Below are positions 30,473 to 40,812 of a DNA stretch of 64,000 nt, in pieces; within the stretch, counting starts at the first letter, position 1, and every line of letters starts with the position of its first letter. A model generated the notes under the pieces. The model worked only from the letters and a program-made list of their open reading frames with translations, was not told where the DNA came from and searched no databases. Made by a program: the position numbers and the translations under genes. The DNA comes from Pseudomonadota bacterium (GTDB lineage Bacteria; Pseudomonadota; Gammaproteobacteria; Burkholderiales; Rhodocyclaceae), in NCBI GenBank assembly GCA_029776255.1, contig JAKOTN010000078.1, positions 1,860 through 65,859 on the forward strand, written 5' to 3'.

Positions 30473-30551
30473 ATCGCGCGCGCAAGCGCCTACCGAACGC
30501 CGAGGAGTAAAATACCCGCTCCAACGTGTCCGGTACGCCCGTCCGCCGCCG

Positions 30552-31226
30552 ATGCCCGACTCCGGTTTTCTCGCGCTGTTCCTGATTGGCCTGCTTGGCG
30601 GCACGCACTGTGTCGGCATGTGCGGCGGCATCGTCGGAGCGCTCTCGATGGGCGCTCCCGCGCGCATCGGCTTGCACCTGGCCTACAACAGCGGACGTCT
30701 CCTCAGCTACGCCGCCGCCGGCGCGCTTGCCGGCGCGCTTGGTCAAGCCAGCATGACCCTGGACGGACAACTGCCGATCCGCATGCTGCTCTATCTGCTG
30801 GCGAACCTGATGCTGATCGCTCTTGGCCTGTATCTGATGGGAATCGGCGGCGCCCTGGCATTCACCGAGCGCCTCGGCCAATCGTTGTGGCGGCATCTGC
30901 AACCGCTGAGCCGGCGCTACCTACCCGCGCGCACCGCCGCGCGCGCCTTTCCGCTCGGCCTGTTGTGGGGCTGGCTCCCCTGCGGTCTGGTGTATAGCGC
31001 CCTGGCCACGGCGCTGACCAGCGGCTCGGCGTTGCGCGGCGGCGGTCTGATGCTGGCTTTCGGCGCCGGCACCCTGCCCAACCTGCTGCTGGCCGGCGTG
31101 CTGGCGACACGTTTGCAGGCGTACACGCGATGGCCGATCGTTCGGCGGTTTTCCGGCCTGTTGATTCTCGGCTTTGGCGTCTGGGGACTGTGCGGGCTGG
31201 CAGGACTGATTTCACGGCTCGGATGA
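30552..31226 (+). CDS. sulfite exporter TauE/SafE-like (DsbD_2) membrane protein, cbb3/copper-associated
   Basis: [28 protein letters not shown] motifs. Confidence 0.8.
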   Translation: MPDSGFLALFLIGLLGGTHCVGMCGGIVGALSMGAPARIGLHLAYNSGRLLSYAAAGALAGALGQASMTLDGQLPIRMLLYLLANLMLIALGLYLMGIGGALAFTERLGQSLWRHLQPLSRRYLPARTAARAFPLGLLWGWLPCGLVYSALATALTSGSALRGGGLMLAFGAGTLPNLLLAGVLATRLQAYTRWPIVRRFSGLLILGFGVWGLCGLAGLISRLG

Positions 31227-33469
31227 ACATGCCGGACGAAGCAAGCAACCCACTCCAGCGTATCGAACTGGCAATCGAAGGAATGACGTGCGCGTCCTGT
31301 TCGACACGGATCGAAAAACAGCTCAACCGCCTGCCGAGCGTCGAGGCGGCGGTCAACCTGGCCAGCGAACGAGCAAGCATCCGCTACACGCCCGGGCTGG
31401 TCGACCCGGCGCAACTGCTCGCCGCCATCGAGCGTGCCGGTTTTCGCGGACGCCTGGTCGATGATCGTTGGCAAGCCGACGAGAAAGCCCGCAAGCGAGC
31501 CGCATGGCAAGCCGACGTGCGCCGCTTCTGGATCGCCGCCGCCTTGACGCTGCCGCTGGCGGCGCAGATGCCGTTCATGTTCGACCTCGAGGCGTCCTCA
31601 CACCACGACCTGTTGCCACGCTGGTTGCAACTTGTTTTGGCGACACCGGTGCAGTTCTGGATCGGCTGGCGCTTTTACGACGGCGCCTGGAAAGCCTTGC
31701 GCGGCGGCGGCGCCAACATGGACGTGCTGGTCGCGCTCGGCACGACCATGGCATACGCCTTCAGCCTGATCGTCACCCTCGCCGGCGCGCGCGAACTGCA
31801 CGTTTACTTCGAGGCTTCCGCCTCCATCGTCACTCTCGTATTGCTCGGCAAACTGCTCGAAACCCGCGCCAAGACCCGCACCACCGAGGCAATCGAGGCG
31901 CTGGCGCGCTTGCGGCCGAAAACCGCGCGCGTCGAACGCGACGGCCAACTGATCGAACTCGACGCCGCGCTGCTGATTCCCGGCGACGTGTTCATTGTCC
32001 GCCCCGGCGAGAACCTGCCGGTGGACGGCGAGGTGATCGATGGCGCGTCCGCCGTCGACGAAGCGATGCTGACCGGCGAAAGCATGCCGGTGGCCAAACA
32101 CGCCGGCGACCGCGTCTTCGCCGCCACCGCCAACGGCGAAGGGGCTTTGCGCTGCCGCGCCACCGGCGTCGGCGAACACACCCTGCTGGCCGGCATCATC
32201 CGCCTGGTGGCGGAGGCGCAGGGTTCCAAGGCGCCGGTGCAACGACTGGCCGACCGCCTCTCGGCGATTTTTGTCCCGGTGGTCTGCGTGATCGCGCTGC
32301 TCACGTTCGCGGCCTGGTGGACCTGGAGTGGCGTTTTCAGTACCGCGCTGATCAACGCCGTCGCCGTTCTGGTCATCGCCTGTCCGTGTGCGCTCGGTCT
32401 GGCGACGCCGACGGCAATCATGGTCGCCACCGGCCGGGGCGCCTCCGCCGGCATTCTGGTCAAAAACGCCGCCGCCCTCGAACGGGCGGAAAAAATTGGC
32501 GTTCTGGCACTCGACAAGACCGGTACCTTGACACGCGGCGAACCGGCGCTCACCGATATCCTGCCGCTGACGCTGACGGCGGATGACGCGCTGGCCCTGG
32601 CGGCGGGGCTGGAACGGTCGTCCGAACACCCACTGGCACGCGCCATTTTGCAACGCGCGCAGGATGCCGGCGTCTCCTGGCCGTCGATCGAGCAGTTTCA
32701 GGCGCTTCCCGGCAGGGGCGTGGAAGGTCGGCTGGATGGCCGGGTTCTCCGTTTGACCGCACCGGACGCTTTCAACGGCACCGGCTTGCCGGAAGCCGAC
32801 ATCGCCGACCTGCGGCGCGCCGGCAAAACGGTCATGGTACTCAGCGAATGCCAAGCAATGGCCTCGGACACTTCAAACACTTCGAACACCGGGAAAGACC
32901 TCGCCCTGGCGGTGCTGGCGGTTGCCGACCCCCTGCGCCCGACCTCGCCGCTCGCCATCGCCCGCCTCAAGGCACTGGGCATCCGCGTCGTCATGCTGAC
33001 CGGCGATCACGCCGCCACCGCCGCCGCGATCGCCGCACAAGCGGGAATCGACGATTTCCGCGCCGGGGTGTTGCCCGGCGACAAGGCCTTGGCGGTGAAC
33101 GCCCTGAAAAACGGCGATACGGTGGTGGCGATGGTCGGCGACGGCATCAACGATGCGCCGGCCCTGGCGGCGGCCGACGTCAGTTTCGCCATCGGCGCCG
33201 GTTCCGACGCGGCCATCGAGGTCGCCGACGTCACGCTGGTCCGTGGCGACCTCAACGGAATCGCCGACGCCATTCTGCTTTCGCGTGCGACCTTGCGGAA
33301 AATCAGGCAGAATCTGTTTTGTGCTTTCATCTACAACGTGCTCGGAATCCCCCTTGCTGCCATGGGGATGCTCAGTCCGGTGATCGCTGGTGCGGCAATG
33401 GCGATGAGTTCGGTCTCCGTGGTATCGAACTCACTGTTGCTCAAACGCTGGCGCGCGGGACAATACTGA
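31223..33469 (+). CDS. copA: Cu(I)-translocating P1B-type ATPase
   Basis: GMTCASC metal-binding domain, [26 protein letters not shown] and MAMSS TM motifs. Confidence 0.92.
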   Translation: MNMPDEASNPLQRIELAIEGMTCASCSTRIEKQLNRLPSVEAAVNLASERASIRYTPGLVDPAQLLAAIERAGFRGRLVDDRWQADEKARKRAAWQADVRRFWIAAALTLPLAAQMPFMFDLEASSHHDLLPRWLQLVLATPVQFWIGWRFYDGAWKALRGGGANMDVLVALGTTMAYAFSLIVTLAGARELHVYFEASASIVTLVLLGKLLETRAKTRTTEAIEALARLRPKTARVERDGQLIELDAALLIPGDVFIVRPGENLPVDGEVIDGASAVDEAMLTGESMPVAKHAGDRVFAATANGEGALRCRATGVGEHTLLAGIIRLVAEAQGSKAPVQRLADRLSAIFVPVVCVIALLTFAAWWTWSGVFSTALINAVAVLVIACPCALGLATPTAIMVATGRGASAGILVKNAAALERAEKIGVLALDKTGTLTRGEPALTDILPLTLTADDALALAAGLERSSEHPLARAILQRAQDAGVSWPSIEQFQALPGRGVEGRLDGRVLRLTAPDAFNGTGLPEADIADLRRAGKTVMVLSECQAMASDTSNTSNTGKDLALAVLAVADPLRPTSPLAIARLKALGIRVVMLTGDHAATAAAIAAQAGIDDFRAGVLPGDKALAVNALKNGDTVVAMVGDGINDAPALAAADVSFAIGAGSDAAIEVADVTLVRGDLNGIADAILLSRATLRKIRQNLFCAFIYNVLGIPLAAMGMLSPVIAGAAMAMSSVSVVSNSLLLKRWRAGQY

Positions 33470-33504
33470 GCCGCCGACGCCGAATATCGCTACGGGGACC
33501 TACC

Positions 33505-33711
33505 ATGGAGAAAATCGTTATCGGCGTCGCCGGCATGAGTTGTCAAGGCTGCGTCAAGAGTGTGACCGCGGTTTTGGCGGCCTTGCCAGGTGTCGAGCAG
33601 GTCGAGGTCAGCCTGGCCACCGCAACGGCCGAGATCAGCCATGACCCGGCCCGGAGCAGCGTCGCCGACTTCCGGCAAGCCATCGAGGACGCTGGTTTCG
33701 ATGCCAACTGA
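33505..33711 (+). CDS. copZ: copper chaperone (HMA domain)
   Basis: GMSCQGC, AIEDAGFD; 68 aa. Confidence 0.88.
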   Translation: MEKIVIGVAGMSCQGCVKSVTAVLAALPGVEQVEVSLATATAEISHDPARSSVADFRQAIEDAGFDAN

Positions 33712-33779
33712 AACGCGACGCCGGCGGCGCCCGACCGCAACGGCGTTCTTGTTCCCCACGCACGATTTGACTCGAGAAT

Positions 33780-34892
33780 ATGGCCGGAAAAAAATTAAAA
33801 CCCTCTGACGACGGCGATCCCGAAATCGCCGCCAGCCCCCCTCTCCGGCTGACGCAGTTGTCGCACGGCGGCGGTTGCGGCTGCAAGATCGCGCCGCGCA
33901 TGCTGGAGCAGATTCTGACCAAATCCACGCCTGGACTGATTCCCCGGCAACTGCTGGTCGGCGTCGAGACCAGCGACGATGCCGCCGTCTATCAGTTGAA
34001 CGCCAACCAGGCCGTGGTGGCGACCACCGACTTCTTCATGCCCATCGTCGACGACCCCTACGACTTCGGCTGCATCGCGGCGACCAACGCCCTCTCCGAC
34101 GTCTACGCCATGGGCGGGTTCCCGCTCTTCGCCCTGGCGATCGTCGGCATGCCGGTCAATACCCTGCCGCTGGAAACGATCAAGCGCATTCTCGAAGGCG
34201 GCGAAGCGACCTGCGCCAAGGCCGGCATTCCGATCGCCGGCGGGCACACCATCGATTCGATCGAGCCGATCTACGGCCTGGTGGTCATCGGCATGGTGCA
34301 TCCGGAAAATCTCACGCGCAATATCGGCGCCCGCCCCGGCGACAAGCTCATTCTCGGCAAGAGCCTCGGCGTCGGCATTCACAGCGCCGCGCTCCGAAAA
34401 GGTCTCTTGTCGGCAAGCGGCTACGCGACGATGCTCGCCTCGACGACGCAATTGAACACCCCCGGACGCTCCCTGGGCTGTTTTGCCGGTGTGCATGCGA
34501 TGACCGATGTCACCGGCTTCGGCCTGCTCGGACACCTCAGCGAAATCTGCAAGGCGTCGGAGGTGGCGGCAACGATCGATTATTCGGCGCTGCCGCTATT
34601 GCCAAACACCCTCGACTATGCGGAAAAAGGCTGCATCACCGGCGCCTCGGAGCGCAACTGGGACAGTTACGGCCACACCACGGTCCTGCCGAAGAAGGCG
34701 TTCGGCGATCTCGAGCGCGCGCTGATCACCGACCCGCAGACCAGCGGCGGGCTGCTCATCGCCTGCGCGCCAGAGGTGGTCACCGAAGTGCTGGCGATTT
34801 TCCTGCAGGATGGCTTTCATCGGGCGACCGTCATCGGCGAAATCACCGAAGGCAAGCCGCGGGTCACGGTCGTTAGAAGCAAGGACCCCTAA
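33780..34892 (+). CDS. selD: selenide, water dikinase (Cys form)
   Basis: HGGGCGCKIAP, SDDAAVY, TTDFFMPIVDDP, AATNALSDVYAMGG, DPQTSGGLL. Confidence 0.92.
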   Translation: MAGKKLKPSDDGDPEIAASPPLRLTQLSHGGGCGCKIAPRMLEQILTKSTPGLIPRQLLVGVETSDDAAVYQLNANQAVVATTDFFMPIVDDPYDFGCIAATNALSDVYAMGGFPLFALAIVGMPVNTLPLETIKRILEGGEATCAKAGIPIAGGHTIDSIEPIYGLVVIGMVHPENLTRNIGARPGDKLILGKSLGVGIHSAALRKGLLSASGYATMLASTTQLNTPGRSLGCFAGVHAMTDVTGFGLLGHLSEICKASEVAATIDYSALPLLPNTLDYAEKGCITGASERNWDSYGHTTVLPKKAFGDLERALITDPQTSGGLLIACAPEVVTEVLAIFLQDGFHRATVIGEITEGKPRVTVVRSKDP

Positions 34893-34921
34893 CCGCCCAT
34901 CGGCGGCGCCCGTCGCCGAAC

Positions 34922-36166
34922 TCAGTCGAGAATATGCGAGACCAGCCCATCGGCCAGTTTCGGTTCGAACCACGTCGACTTTGGCGGCATCACCTGGCCG
35001 CTGTCGGCGACCGCCATCAGTTCGGCCATCGGCGTGGGATGCATGGCGAAGGCAACGGCCATCTCGCCACTGTCGACCCGCCGTTCGAGTTCACTCAACC
35101 CGCGCATGCCGCCGACGAAATCGATGCGCGTATCGCGCCGAAGATCGGTAATTCCCAGAACGGGTTCAAGGATTTGTTCGGCCAGCGCCGACACGTCGAG
35201 CCGGCGCACCGGATCGGCGGTAACGACGCGACCGGGCCTGATTTCCAGGCGATACCAGCAACCGGCAAGATACATGCCGCACACACCGATTCGCTCGGGC
35301 CTCACCGCCTGGGCCGCCGCGCTGACGACATAGCGTTCGCCGACCGCCGCCAGGAACGCATCGACACTCAAACCGTTGAGATCGCGGACAACGCGGTTGT
35401 AATCCATGATCAACATTTGCGACGCGGGGAAAATCACCGCGAGAAAGAACTCGGCGCTTGTCGGCGCGCCGCCCGGAACGCGTCTTTGCGCCGCCACGCG
35501 CGAGGCGGCCGCCGAGCGATGATGGCCATCGGCGATATAGAGACCGGGCATCGCGCAAAAAACGGCGTCGATGCGCGCGATCGATGCCGGGTCATCGACG
35601 ACCCACACCGTGTGGCGGATGCCGTTATCGGCCAGCACATCGGCCACCGGCGCGCCGGCGGCGGCTTGCGCCAAGATCTCGTCGGCGTGGCGACTGTCCG
35701 GGTGCGCCAGCAACACCGGGCCGGTTTGCGCGTTCAAGGCCTCGATCTGACGGACGCGATCGTCTTCCTTGTCCGGCCGCGTGAACTCATGTTTGCGAAT
35801 GCGGTTGGCGTCGTAGGCGGCGACGGAGGCGGCGGCCACCAGACCGGTCTGCACATGCGCGCCCATCGTCAGCCGATAAACGTAATAGCAGGGCCGGGAA
35901 TCGCGGCACAGCACGCCATCGGCGATCAGACGCCGGAAATTCTCGGCCGACCGGGCGTAAACCTCGGGCGCGTGGTGATCCACTTCCGGCGGCAGGTCGA
36001 CTTCCGCCTTGGACACATGCAGAAAGGACAGCGGTTTGCCGACGACAGCCTGTCGCGCCTCGTCGCTCGAAAGCACATCGTAAGGCGGCGCGGCAACCGC
36101 CGCCGCATCGGCACTGCGCGGCCGCAGGCCGCTGAAGGGACGAACAAGGGGATGATCGAAAGACAA
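34922..36166 (-). CDS. DUF1015-family protein
   Basis: VRPF.GLRP, APPYDV, IRKHEFTRPDKE.DR, YIADGHHRSAAA, MPPKSTWFEPKL; TTG start with AGGAG RBS. Confidence 0.85.
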   Translation of the reverse strand: MSFDHPLVRPFSGLRPRSADAAAVAAPPYDVLSSDEARQAVVGKPLSFLHVSKAEVDLPPEVDHHAPEVYARSAENFRRLIADGVLCRDSRPCYYVYRLTMGAHVQTGLVAAASVAAYDANRIRKHEFTRPDKEDDRVRQIEALNAQTGPVLLAHPDSRHADEILAQAAAGAPVADVLADNGIRHTVWVVDDPASIARIDAVFCAMPGLYIADGHHRSAAASRVAAQRRVPGGAPTSAEFFLAVIFPASQMLIMDYNRVVRDLNGLSVDAFLAAVGERYVVSAAAQAVRPERIGVCGMYLAGCWYRLEIRPGRVVTADPVRRLDVSALAEQILEPVLGITDLRRDTRIDFVGGMRGLSELERRVDSGEMAVAFAMHPTPMAELMAVADSGQVMPPKSTWFEPKLADGLVSHILD

Positions 36167-36381
36167 GAGATTCTCCTGTAGGAGCGTTTTCCCAAAATAG
36201 CGAACGCGAACGGCATCGCCATGGAACGACCGCCGTCGGCGATGACCAGCCACACACGGCGCGAAGCGACCCGGCTACCAGGAACACGTGCCCCGCACGG
36301 CGGATCGCCATTATAGTGCGGCCCCGATCTCGCCGACAGCGGCACGGCAACGGGTTAAGACGCGGCCGGGCACCGGCGCGT

Positions 36382-37005
36382 TCAGTCGGAACTCAAGCGC
36401 TGCAACAGGCTGGCGAGCGTCGTTTCATCGAAACGCCCGAGTCGACTACCCGCCAGCCGCCCATCGCGACCGATGACCAGCGTATAAGGCAATCCCTTGA
36501 TCTGGATGCCGCTCTGTTGCCCCAAACCGAGGTCGGCCACCAGCAAGGGATAGCTGACCGGCGTTTTCTCGACAAAAGCGCGCATGTTCCGCGGCTCGTC
36601 GATACCGATGCCGACGAACTGAACGCCGGCCGCCGCGAACCGTTGCTGCAACCGCGAAAAAGCGGGCATTTCCTCGACGCACGGCTTGCACCAGCTCGCC
36701 CAGTAATTGACCACCAGCACCCGGCCGCGCCATTGCGCCACCGCTTGCGGTTGCCCATCGAGATCGGGCAGTCGCAGACCCAGCACCGCGTCGACCGCGG
36801 CCTGCGCCTGTGCAGCCGGCGGTTCCATCAACACGGCGGAAGAAAGGTCGGATGACACGCGCGCCTGATCCAGCAGGCGGAACCCCTGCCAGACAAGGAG
36901 CGCCATGGATACCACGCCAACGGCGATCGTCAGCCCAAAAACACGCTTCCGGTTTCGCGCGGACGCTTGCGCCGGCGGTGTTCTTGGCGGCGGCGGCGAC
37001 GTCAT
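36382..37005 (-). CDS. TlpA-family thiol-disulfide oxidoreductase
   Basis: N-terminal TM, VVNYWASWCKPC, GLPYTLVI; ATG overlaps the upstream stop. Confidence 0.85.
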   Translation of the reverse strand: MTSPPPPRTPPAQASARNRKRVFGLTIAVGVVSMALLVWQGFRLLDQARVSSDLSSAVLMEPPAAQAQAAVDAVLGLRLPDLDGQPQAVAQWRGRVLVVNYWASWCKPCVEEMPAFSRLQQRFAAAGVQFVGIGIDEPRNMRAFVEKTPVSYPLLVADLGLGQQSGIQIKGLPYTLVIGRDGRLAGSRLGRFDETTLASLLQRLSSD

Positions 37006-38336
37006 CCCGCGCCTCGCCGCGACATCGCCTTCAAGCAGACGACAACAAACATCAGCCCGCCGACGACGGCAATCAAGCCCCCCAGGCCCATCATGCCCAT
37101 GCCGATTTTCTGCGGCAAGGTGATCAGCATCTGTTCGGCGCCGGCCACCTTGCGCTGCACGCCGTAACCGCCCGACCAGGCCAGTCCGAGCACGTGAATC
37201 AATTGGCCGGCACCGTAAACATAAGGCTGCCAGACGGCCATTCTCCCCGTCGCCTCGCCGAAGCCCAGCGCCGGCAACAACAAGTAGGCCAACCCCATGA
37301 ACGCCAGCGTCACGCCGACTGTCGAGCCGTGGTAATGCGCCGGAATCACGACATTGACGCCCTGAATCAGATACCCCAGCACACCGCCAAGAACGAACAG
37401 GCTGAACGAGGCGACGAAGGCCGATTTGGCGGGATTCGGCGCCAGATCGCGCACACTCCACAGCATCCACGCGCCAAACACCAGCAACGGCCCCATGTAG
37501 GGATGGCCCCAGATCATCAGCTTGGCGAACGCCTCCATGTGCGGCAAGGAGCCAACTGGCAACAGCAGGTAGATCGCCGGAATCGCCGGCAGCGGCAAGG
37601 CCGCGACCAGAAACATGGCCGACAGCGCGCGCGGCGACAACGCCGCCCGGCTCCCCAGATACTCCGCAATCCACAGCCAGGCGACGACCATTAGTAGCGC
37701 ATGCTGAAACTGCAAGGCATGACCTCCGCCCCAGAACAGCACCTCGAAATAGATCGTTCCGTCGACCACCGGCACTTGCGCCCACGACCAGGCAAAGGCG
37801 ACCAGCGCCAGCAACGCCGCCAGCGCACCGAGATAGGCACCAAGGCGCAGCGGTTCGGCGAACAGGCCTCGCGGCCAGGCGGTCAGCAACGCGCGCAGCA
37901 CCGCCAGCGCCATTCCCGAGGCAAACATCACGATGGCCACGAAAAACAACGGTTGCCGAAGCACCGGGATGTAATTGTTGAGCACCGGCTCGGCGCCCGG
38001 GAAAAATGGCGAAACGGCGAGCAGCAGCGTTCCCAGCGCGGCGAGCGCGAAACCGCTCCAACCCAAGCCCGCGCAGCCGGCCCGACCGACGGCTGACCAG
38101 ATCGTCGCCGCGAAGGCCATGAACCACACCGCCACCGAAAGATCGACATGCACCACCAGCGCCGCGCGGAACAAGTCCTTGAGGGGAAAGACATCCTGGA
38201 TGCCCGGCGTGCGCGACAACACCAGCAGCACCGCCAGCACACCGGAACCGATCAAGGCCGCCACGCCCAGCCATAGCCAGGCCCGGGCCAAGCGGATCGG
38301 CGCTCCGGGAGAAATAGTCGCCATTTGCCGTGTCAC
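37002..38336 (-). CDS. heme-copper oxidase subunit I-like membrane protein with a non-canonical active site
   Basis: about 12 TM, VHVD (TM2 His), FWGGGH (TM6), AHYHG (TM10), GYGVQRK loop. Confidence 0.6.
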   Translation of the reverse strand: MTRQMATISPGAPIRLARAWLWLGVAALIGSGVLAVLLVLSRTPGIQDVFPLKDLFRAALVVHVDLSVAVWFMAFAATIWSAVGRAGCAGLGWSGFALAALGTLLLAVSPFFPGAEPVLNNYIPVLRQPLFFVAIVMFASGMALAVLRALLTAWPRGLFAEPLRLGAYLGALAALLALVAFAWSWAQVPVVDGTIYFEVLFWGGGHALQFQHALLMVVAWLWIAEYLGSRAALSPRALSAMFLVAALPLPAIPAIYLLLPVGSLPHMEAFAKLMIWGHPYMGPLLVFGAWMLWSVRDLAPNPAKSAFVASFSLFVLGGVLGYLIQGVNVVIPAHYHGSTVGVTLAFMGLAYLLLPALGFGEATGRMAVWQPYVYGAGQLIHVLGLAWSGGYGVQRKVAGAEQMLITLPQKIGMGMMGLGGLIAVVGGLMFVVVCLKAMSRRGAG

Positions 38337-38455
38337 GGGTTTCTTTCGGAGAAATCAAACCGCCGAGTATACGGCACCCGAGCGCGCCTGTTCGGAACGT
38401 CGTCGCCACGGCGGCGTGACGCCCGCCAAACACCCGCCGACAATTCCAGAGCGGT

Positions 38456-39481
38456 TCAACCGTTTTCTTGAGCCACGCTCACCCGTACCCGCGTGTCCGT
38501 CTCTTCGAACGCAAAACGCACCGGGAGAAATGCCTCGATGACCTGGCAATTGGTTCGGAGATGCGAAGACAACACCTGCGTCGTGAAGCTCCCCTGCCCG
38601 CTCAGCGCCATCGGCAACAGCAACTGATCGGACAGATATTCGCCAATCGGCGCGCCGCTGTCGCGGAACAGACGCGCCGCGCGAGCGGCGCTGTCGGCCA
38701 CCCTTTCCGCCGGCACGCCGCGTTCGCCGCGGACGGAAAACACTTCCGTCACTTCCGGATAGTCCAGCACCACCAGCAGCACATTGCCCGGTCCCTCGTT
38801 GCTCGGCAGCACGCGCAATTCCTCGTCCAGCACGCCAAGCTGGCTGGCGGCCCGCTGCATCTCGCGCCGGGCCACTTCAGCCGGCACACCGGCCACCACC
38901 CCGATCGCGCCCTGACGACGCAGATCGCCTCGCGTATTCAGGTGCAAGGACCGCCAGGACGCGACCGGCGCCGTCGACGCCAGCATCTCGCCGCCGCCCG
39001 CCGGGTAAAAACCGTGACGCAGCAACCGGATATCCAGCGTCACGCCCATGCGCCGGATCAGCGGCTGCCAGCTACGAATCAGGAAATCCGCCGGCGGCGC
39101 CGCCGGGTTATGCGTGCCGCCGCTGATCCGCAACGTGCTCGGACCATCGGCGAACCACAATGCCGGCAACACTGTCTGCAACACCAACGTGCAACTGCCG
39201 GCCGAACCGATGGCATGACGATAATCGCCCCCGCGCACCGGCCCCGGCTTGAAACACAAGCCTTGCGATCCGGTCGTGGCGCCATCCACCTCGGCCCCGC
39301 ACACCGCCGCCGCGGCCTGCACCGCGGTCAAATGCTGGCGCAGCAGCCCCGGCTTCCTGCGCCCGGCGCGAATGCGCTCGATGACGAAAGGAATGCCGGT
39401 AATCATCGACAGGCTCAAGGCCGTCCGCAAAATCTGGCCCCCGCCCTCACCGCGGGAGCCGTCCAGTTCTATCCAATCCAT
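38456..39481 (-). CDS. rtcA: RNA 3'-terminal phosphate cyclase
   Basis: LDGSRGEGGGQILRTALSLS, GLLRQHLTAV, GGTHNP.APP, HGFYPAGGGE, EYLSDQLLLP. Confidence 0.93.
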   Translation of the reverse strand: MDWIELDGSRGEGGGQILRTALSLSMITGIPFVIERIRAGRRKPGLLRQHLTAVQAAAAVCGAEVDGATTGSQGLCFKPGPVRGGDYRHAIGSAGSCTLVLQTVLPALWFADGPSTLRISGGTHNPAAPPADFLIRSWQPLIRRMGVTLDIRLLRHGFYPAGGGEMLASTAPVASWRSLHLNTRGDLRRQGAIGVVAGVPAEVARREMQRAASQLGVLDEELRVLPSNEGPGNVLLVVLDYPEVTEVFSVRGERGVPAERVADSAARAARLFRDSGAPIGEYLSDQLLLPMALSGQGSFTTQVLSSHLRTNCQVIEAFLPVRFAFEETDTRVRVSVAQENG

Positions 39482-39498
39482 CTTGTTTTTCTCGTTGT

Positions 39499-40323
39499 TC
39501 ACTTCATTTCCGGCGACACCGCCAGCACCGTGCGCATCAGAAACGCATCCAGTTCGGCGGCGTCGCCTTCCGGCCTTTTGTAATCGGCATCGACAACGGC
39601 TCTCGCCAGTTCGCTTTCGATAAAGGAGTGGATACGCGGCCAGCGCGGGCTGTATCCGGCCTCGTCGGCGCGCATCTTGATTGCCAGCAGGGCGTTGATT
39701 TCGTCGAGCAGCGCCGCGTCCGTCACCAGATGCCCAGCCAGATCGGCGAAGCGCATCGGCGGCTGGCCGAGGCCGCGTTCGATCCACTGCGCCGCGAGCA
39801 GCGGACGCAGCACGTAGAGGTACTTTTTCAGGCGCACGCTGTCGCCCTGCAAGTAGCCGCGAAAGTTGCGATGCGCCATCGCCAGGTAGTGATAGCGCCC
39901 GCGCCTCGGCGAAAACCACTGCGTCGCCAAGGTCCGAATTTCGGTGCTCAACGCCTCGTATTGCCGATAAATGACCGGCGAATCGAGCCATTCGAGCAGC
40001 ACCGGATTGGCCCGCCGCAACAGACGCAGCGCCTTGCGCAACTCCCAGCCACCGACATCCAGTTCGTCGCTGATCGGCAGTTCGATCACGTCGCGCTTCG
40101 GCTCCACGGCGAGATACCAGGGCAGGCGATGGACATAGAGAAAACGCACGTCGTAGTCGCTGTCCGGCGACGCAAAGCCCCAGCCCCGACTGCCGGACTC
40201 GCAGGCGTAAAGCACCGTCACGTCATGCGCCGCCTCGATGTCGGCGAGCGCCTGCATGACGCGCTGGCGGATCGCCGGGTCGATGAGGTGGACGCTCAGT
40301 ACTTTTTGTTTTTCGGTTTCCAT
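39499..40323 (-). CDS. RNA-repair-associated pol-beta-fold nucleotidyltransferase (RlaP/YcgL type)
   Basis: ACESGSRGWGFASPDSDYDVRF, WELRKALRLL...NP.LLEWL.SP, VRLKKYLYVLRP. Confidence 0.82.
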   Translation of the reverse strand: METEKQKVLSVHLIDPAIRQRVMQALADIEAAHDVTVLYACESGSRGWGFASPDSDYDVRFLYVHRLPWYLAVEPKRDVIELPISDELDVGGWELRKALRLLRRANPVLLEWLDSPVIYRQYEALSTEIRTLATQWFSPRRGRYHYLAMAHRNFRGYLQGDSVRLKKYLYVLRPLLAAQWIERGLGQPPMRFADLAGHLVTDAALLDEINALLAIKMRADEAGYSPRWPRIHSFIESELARAVVDADYKRPEGDAAELDAFLMRTVLAVSPEMK

Positions 40324-40336
40324 GATGTTGTCTAAC

Positions 40337-40442
40337 GAAGCTGTAGAAAAAATAGTTTTCCGTAAGCTGATTGTTCGTAACTCATTGAATAATAGATATA
40401 TACATTGGCACAAATGACCGTTTTGGGGTTTTCTACAGCTTC
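40337..40442. mobile_element. 106-bp MITE-like element
   Basis: 14-bp perfect TIRs GAAGCTGTAGAAAA (40337-40350, 40429-40442), AAC duplicated at 40334-40336 and 40443-40445, 37/106 GC by hand count. Confidence 0.75.
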
Positions 40443-40529
40443 AACGTTGTAGATAAGAGGATCTGCGCGGAGCTTTATCGAGCATCGCCCAGCGACCGAA
40501 GGGAGCGGCCTTGACCACGATCGTTAGAC
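40443..40529 (-). mobile_element. integron attC recombination site (R' core interrupted by the MITE)
   Basis: minus strand GTCTAAC (R'') - GGTCAAGG (L'') ... TCTTATC (L') - TACAAC - GTT|AGAC (R'); the barstar stop TAA lies inside R''. Confidence 0.75.
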
Positions 40530-40812
40530 ATACGCGACCTTTGACGCGAATTGTGGATACATTTTTGCCATATCGGTTAAGCACTTATTCATAAGCATTG
40601 CCTCCCCCTGGAAGGCGTAACTCAAACCCAGCCCAGCCTTTGAATTGAAGTATTTCTGGCATCGCAACCAGCACCGTGATTGCGTCCCAAAAAGCGTTCC
40701 AGTTGCAGCCGTACCAGCCTGGAAAATCAAGTTTTTCCATTAGTAAGTGGTGCAATTCAACGGGGGTTTGAACAGCGGATAAATCAATGATGACGCATGC
40801 GCTGCGAGCCAT
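40524..40812 (-). pseudogene. barstar-family (RNase inhibitor-like) cassette gene with a +1 frameshift
   Basis: IIDLS.V....LH..L...LDFPGWYGCNWNAFWDAIT; the C-terminus GEAMLMNKCLTDMAKMYPQFASKVAYV continues in another frame after a G5 run. Confidence 0.75.

Noticed and set aside
32868-32890. 9-bp tandem repeat (ACACTTCAA/ACACTTCGA) in copA giving DTSNTSNT
   Set aside because: In-frame, two copies only, probably a neutral loop insertion.
33860-33895. Selenocysteine recoding in selD
   Set aside because: Active-site motif is GGCGCK with TGC codons; no in-frame TGA.
36382-38433. 683-aa ORF in the ORF track
   Set aside because: Only the last 207 codons (TlpA) are real; the rest is an alternative frame over the oxidase-like gene.
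40433-40445. Idea that cassette excision restores the upstream ORF ending ...ELLKL-stop
   Set aside because: The TTGAAGCTGTAG bases belong to the MITE terminal repeat, so the apparent stop is coincidental.
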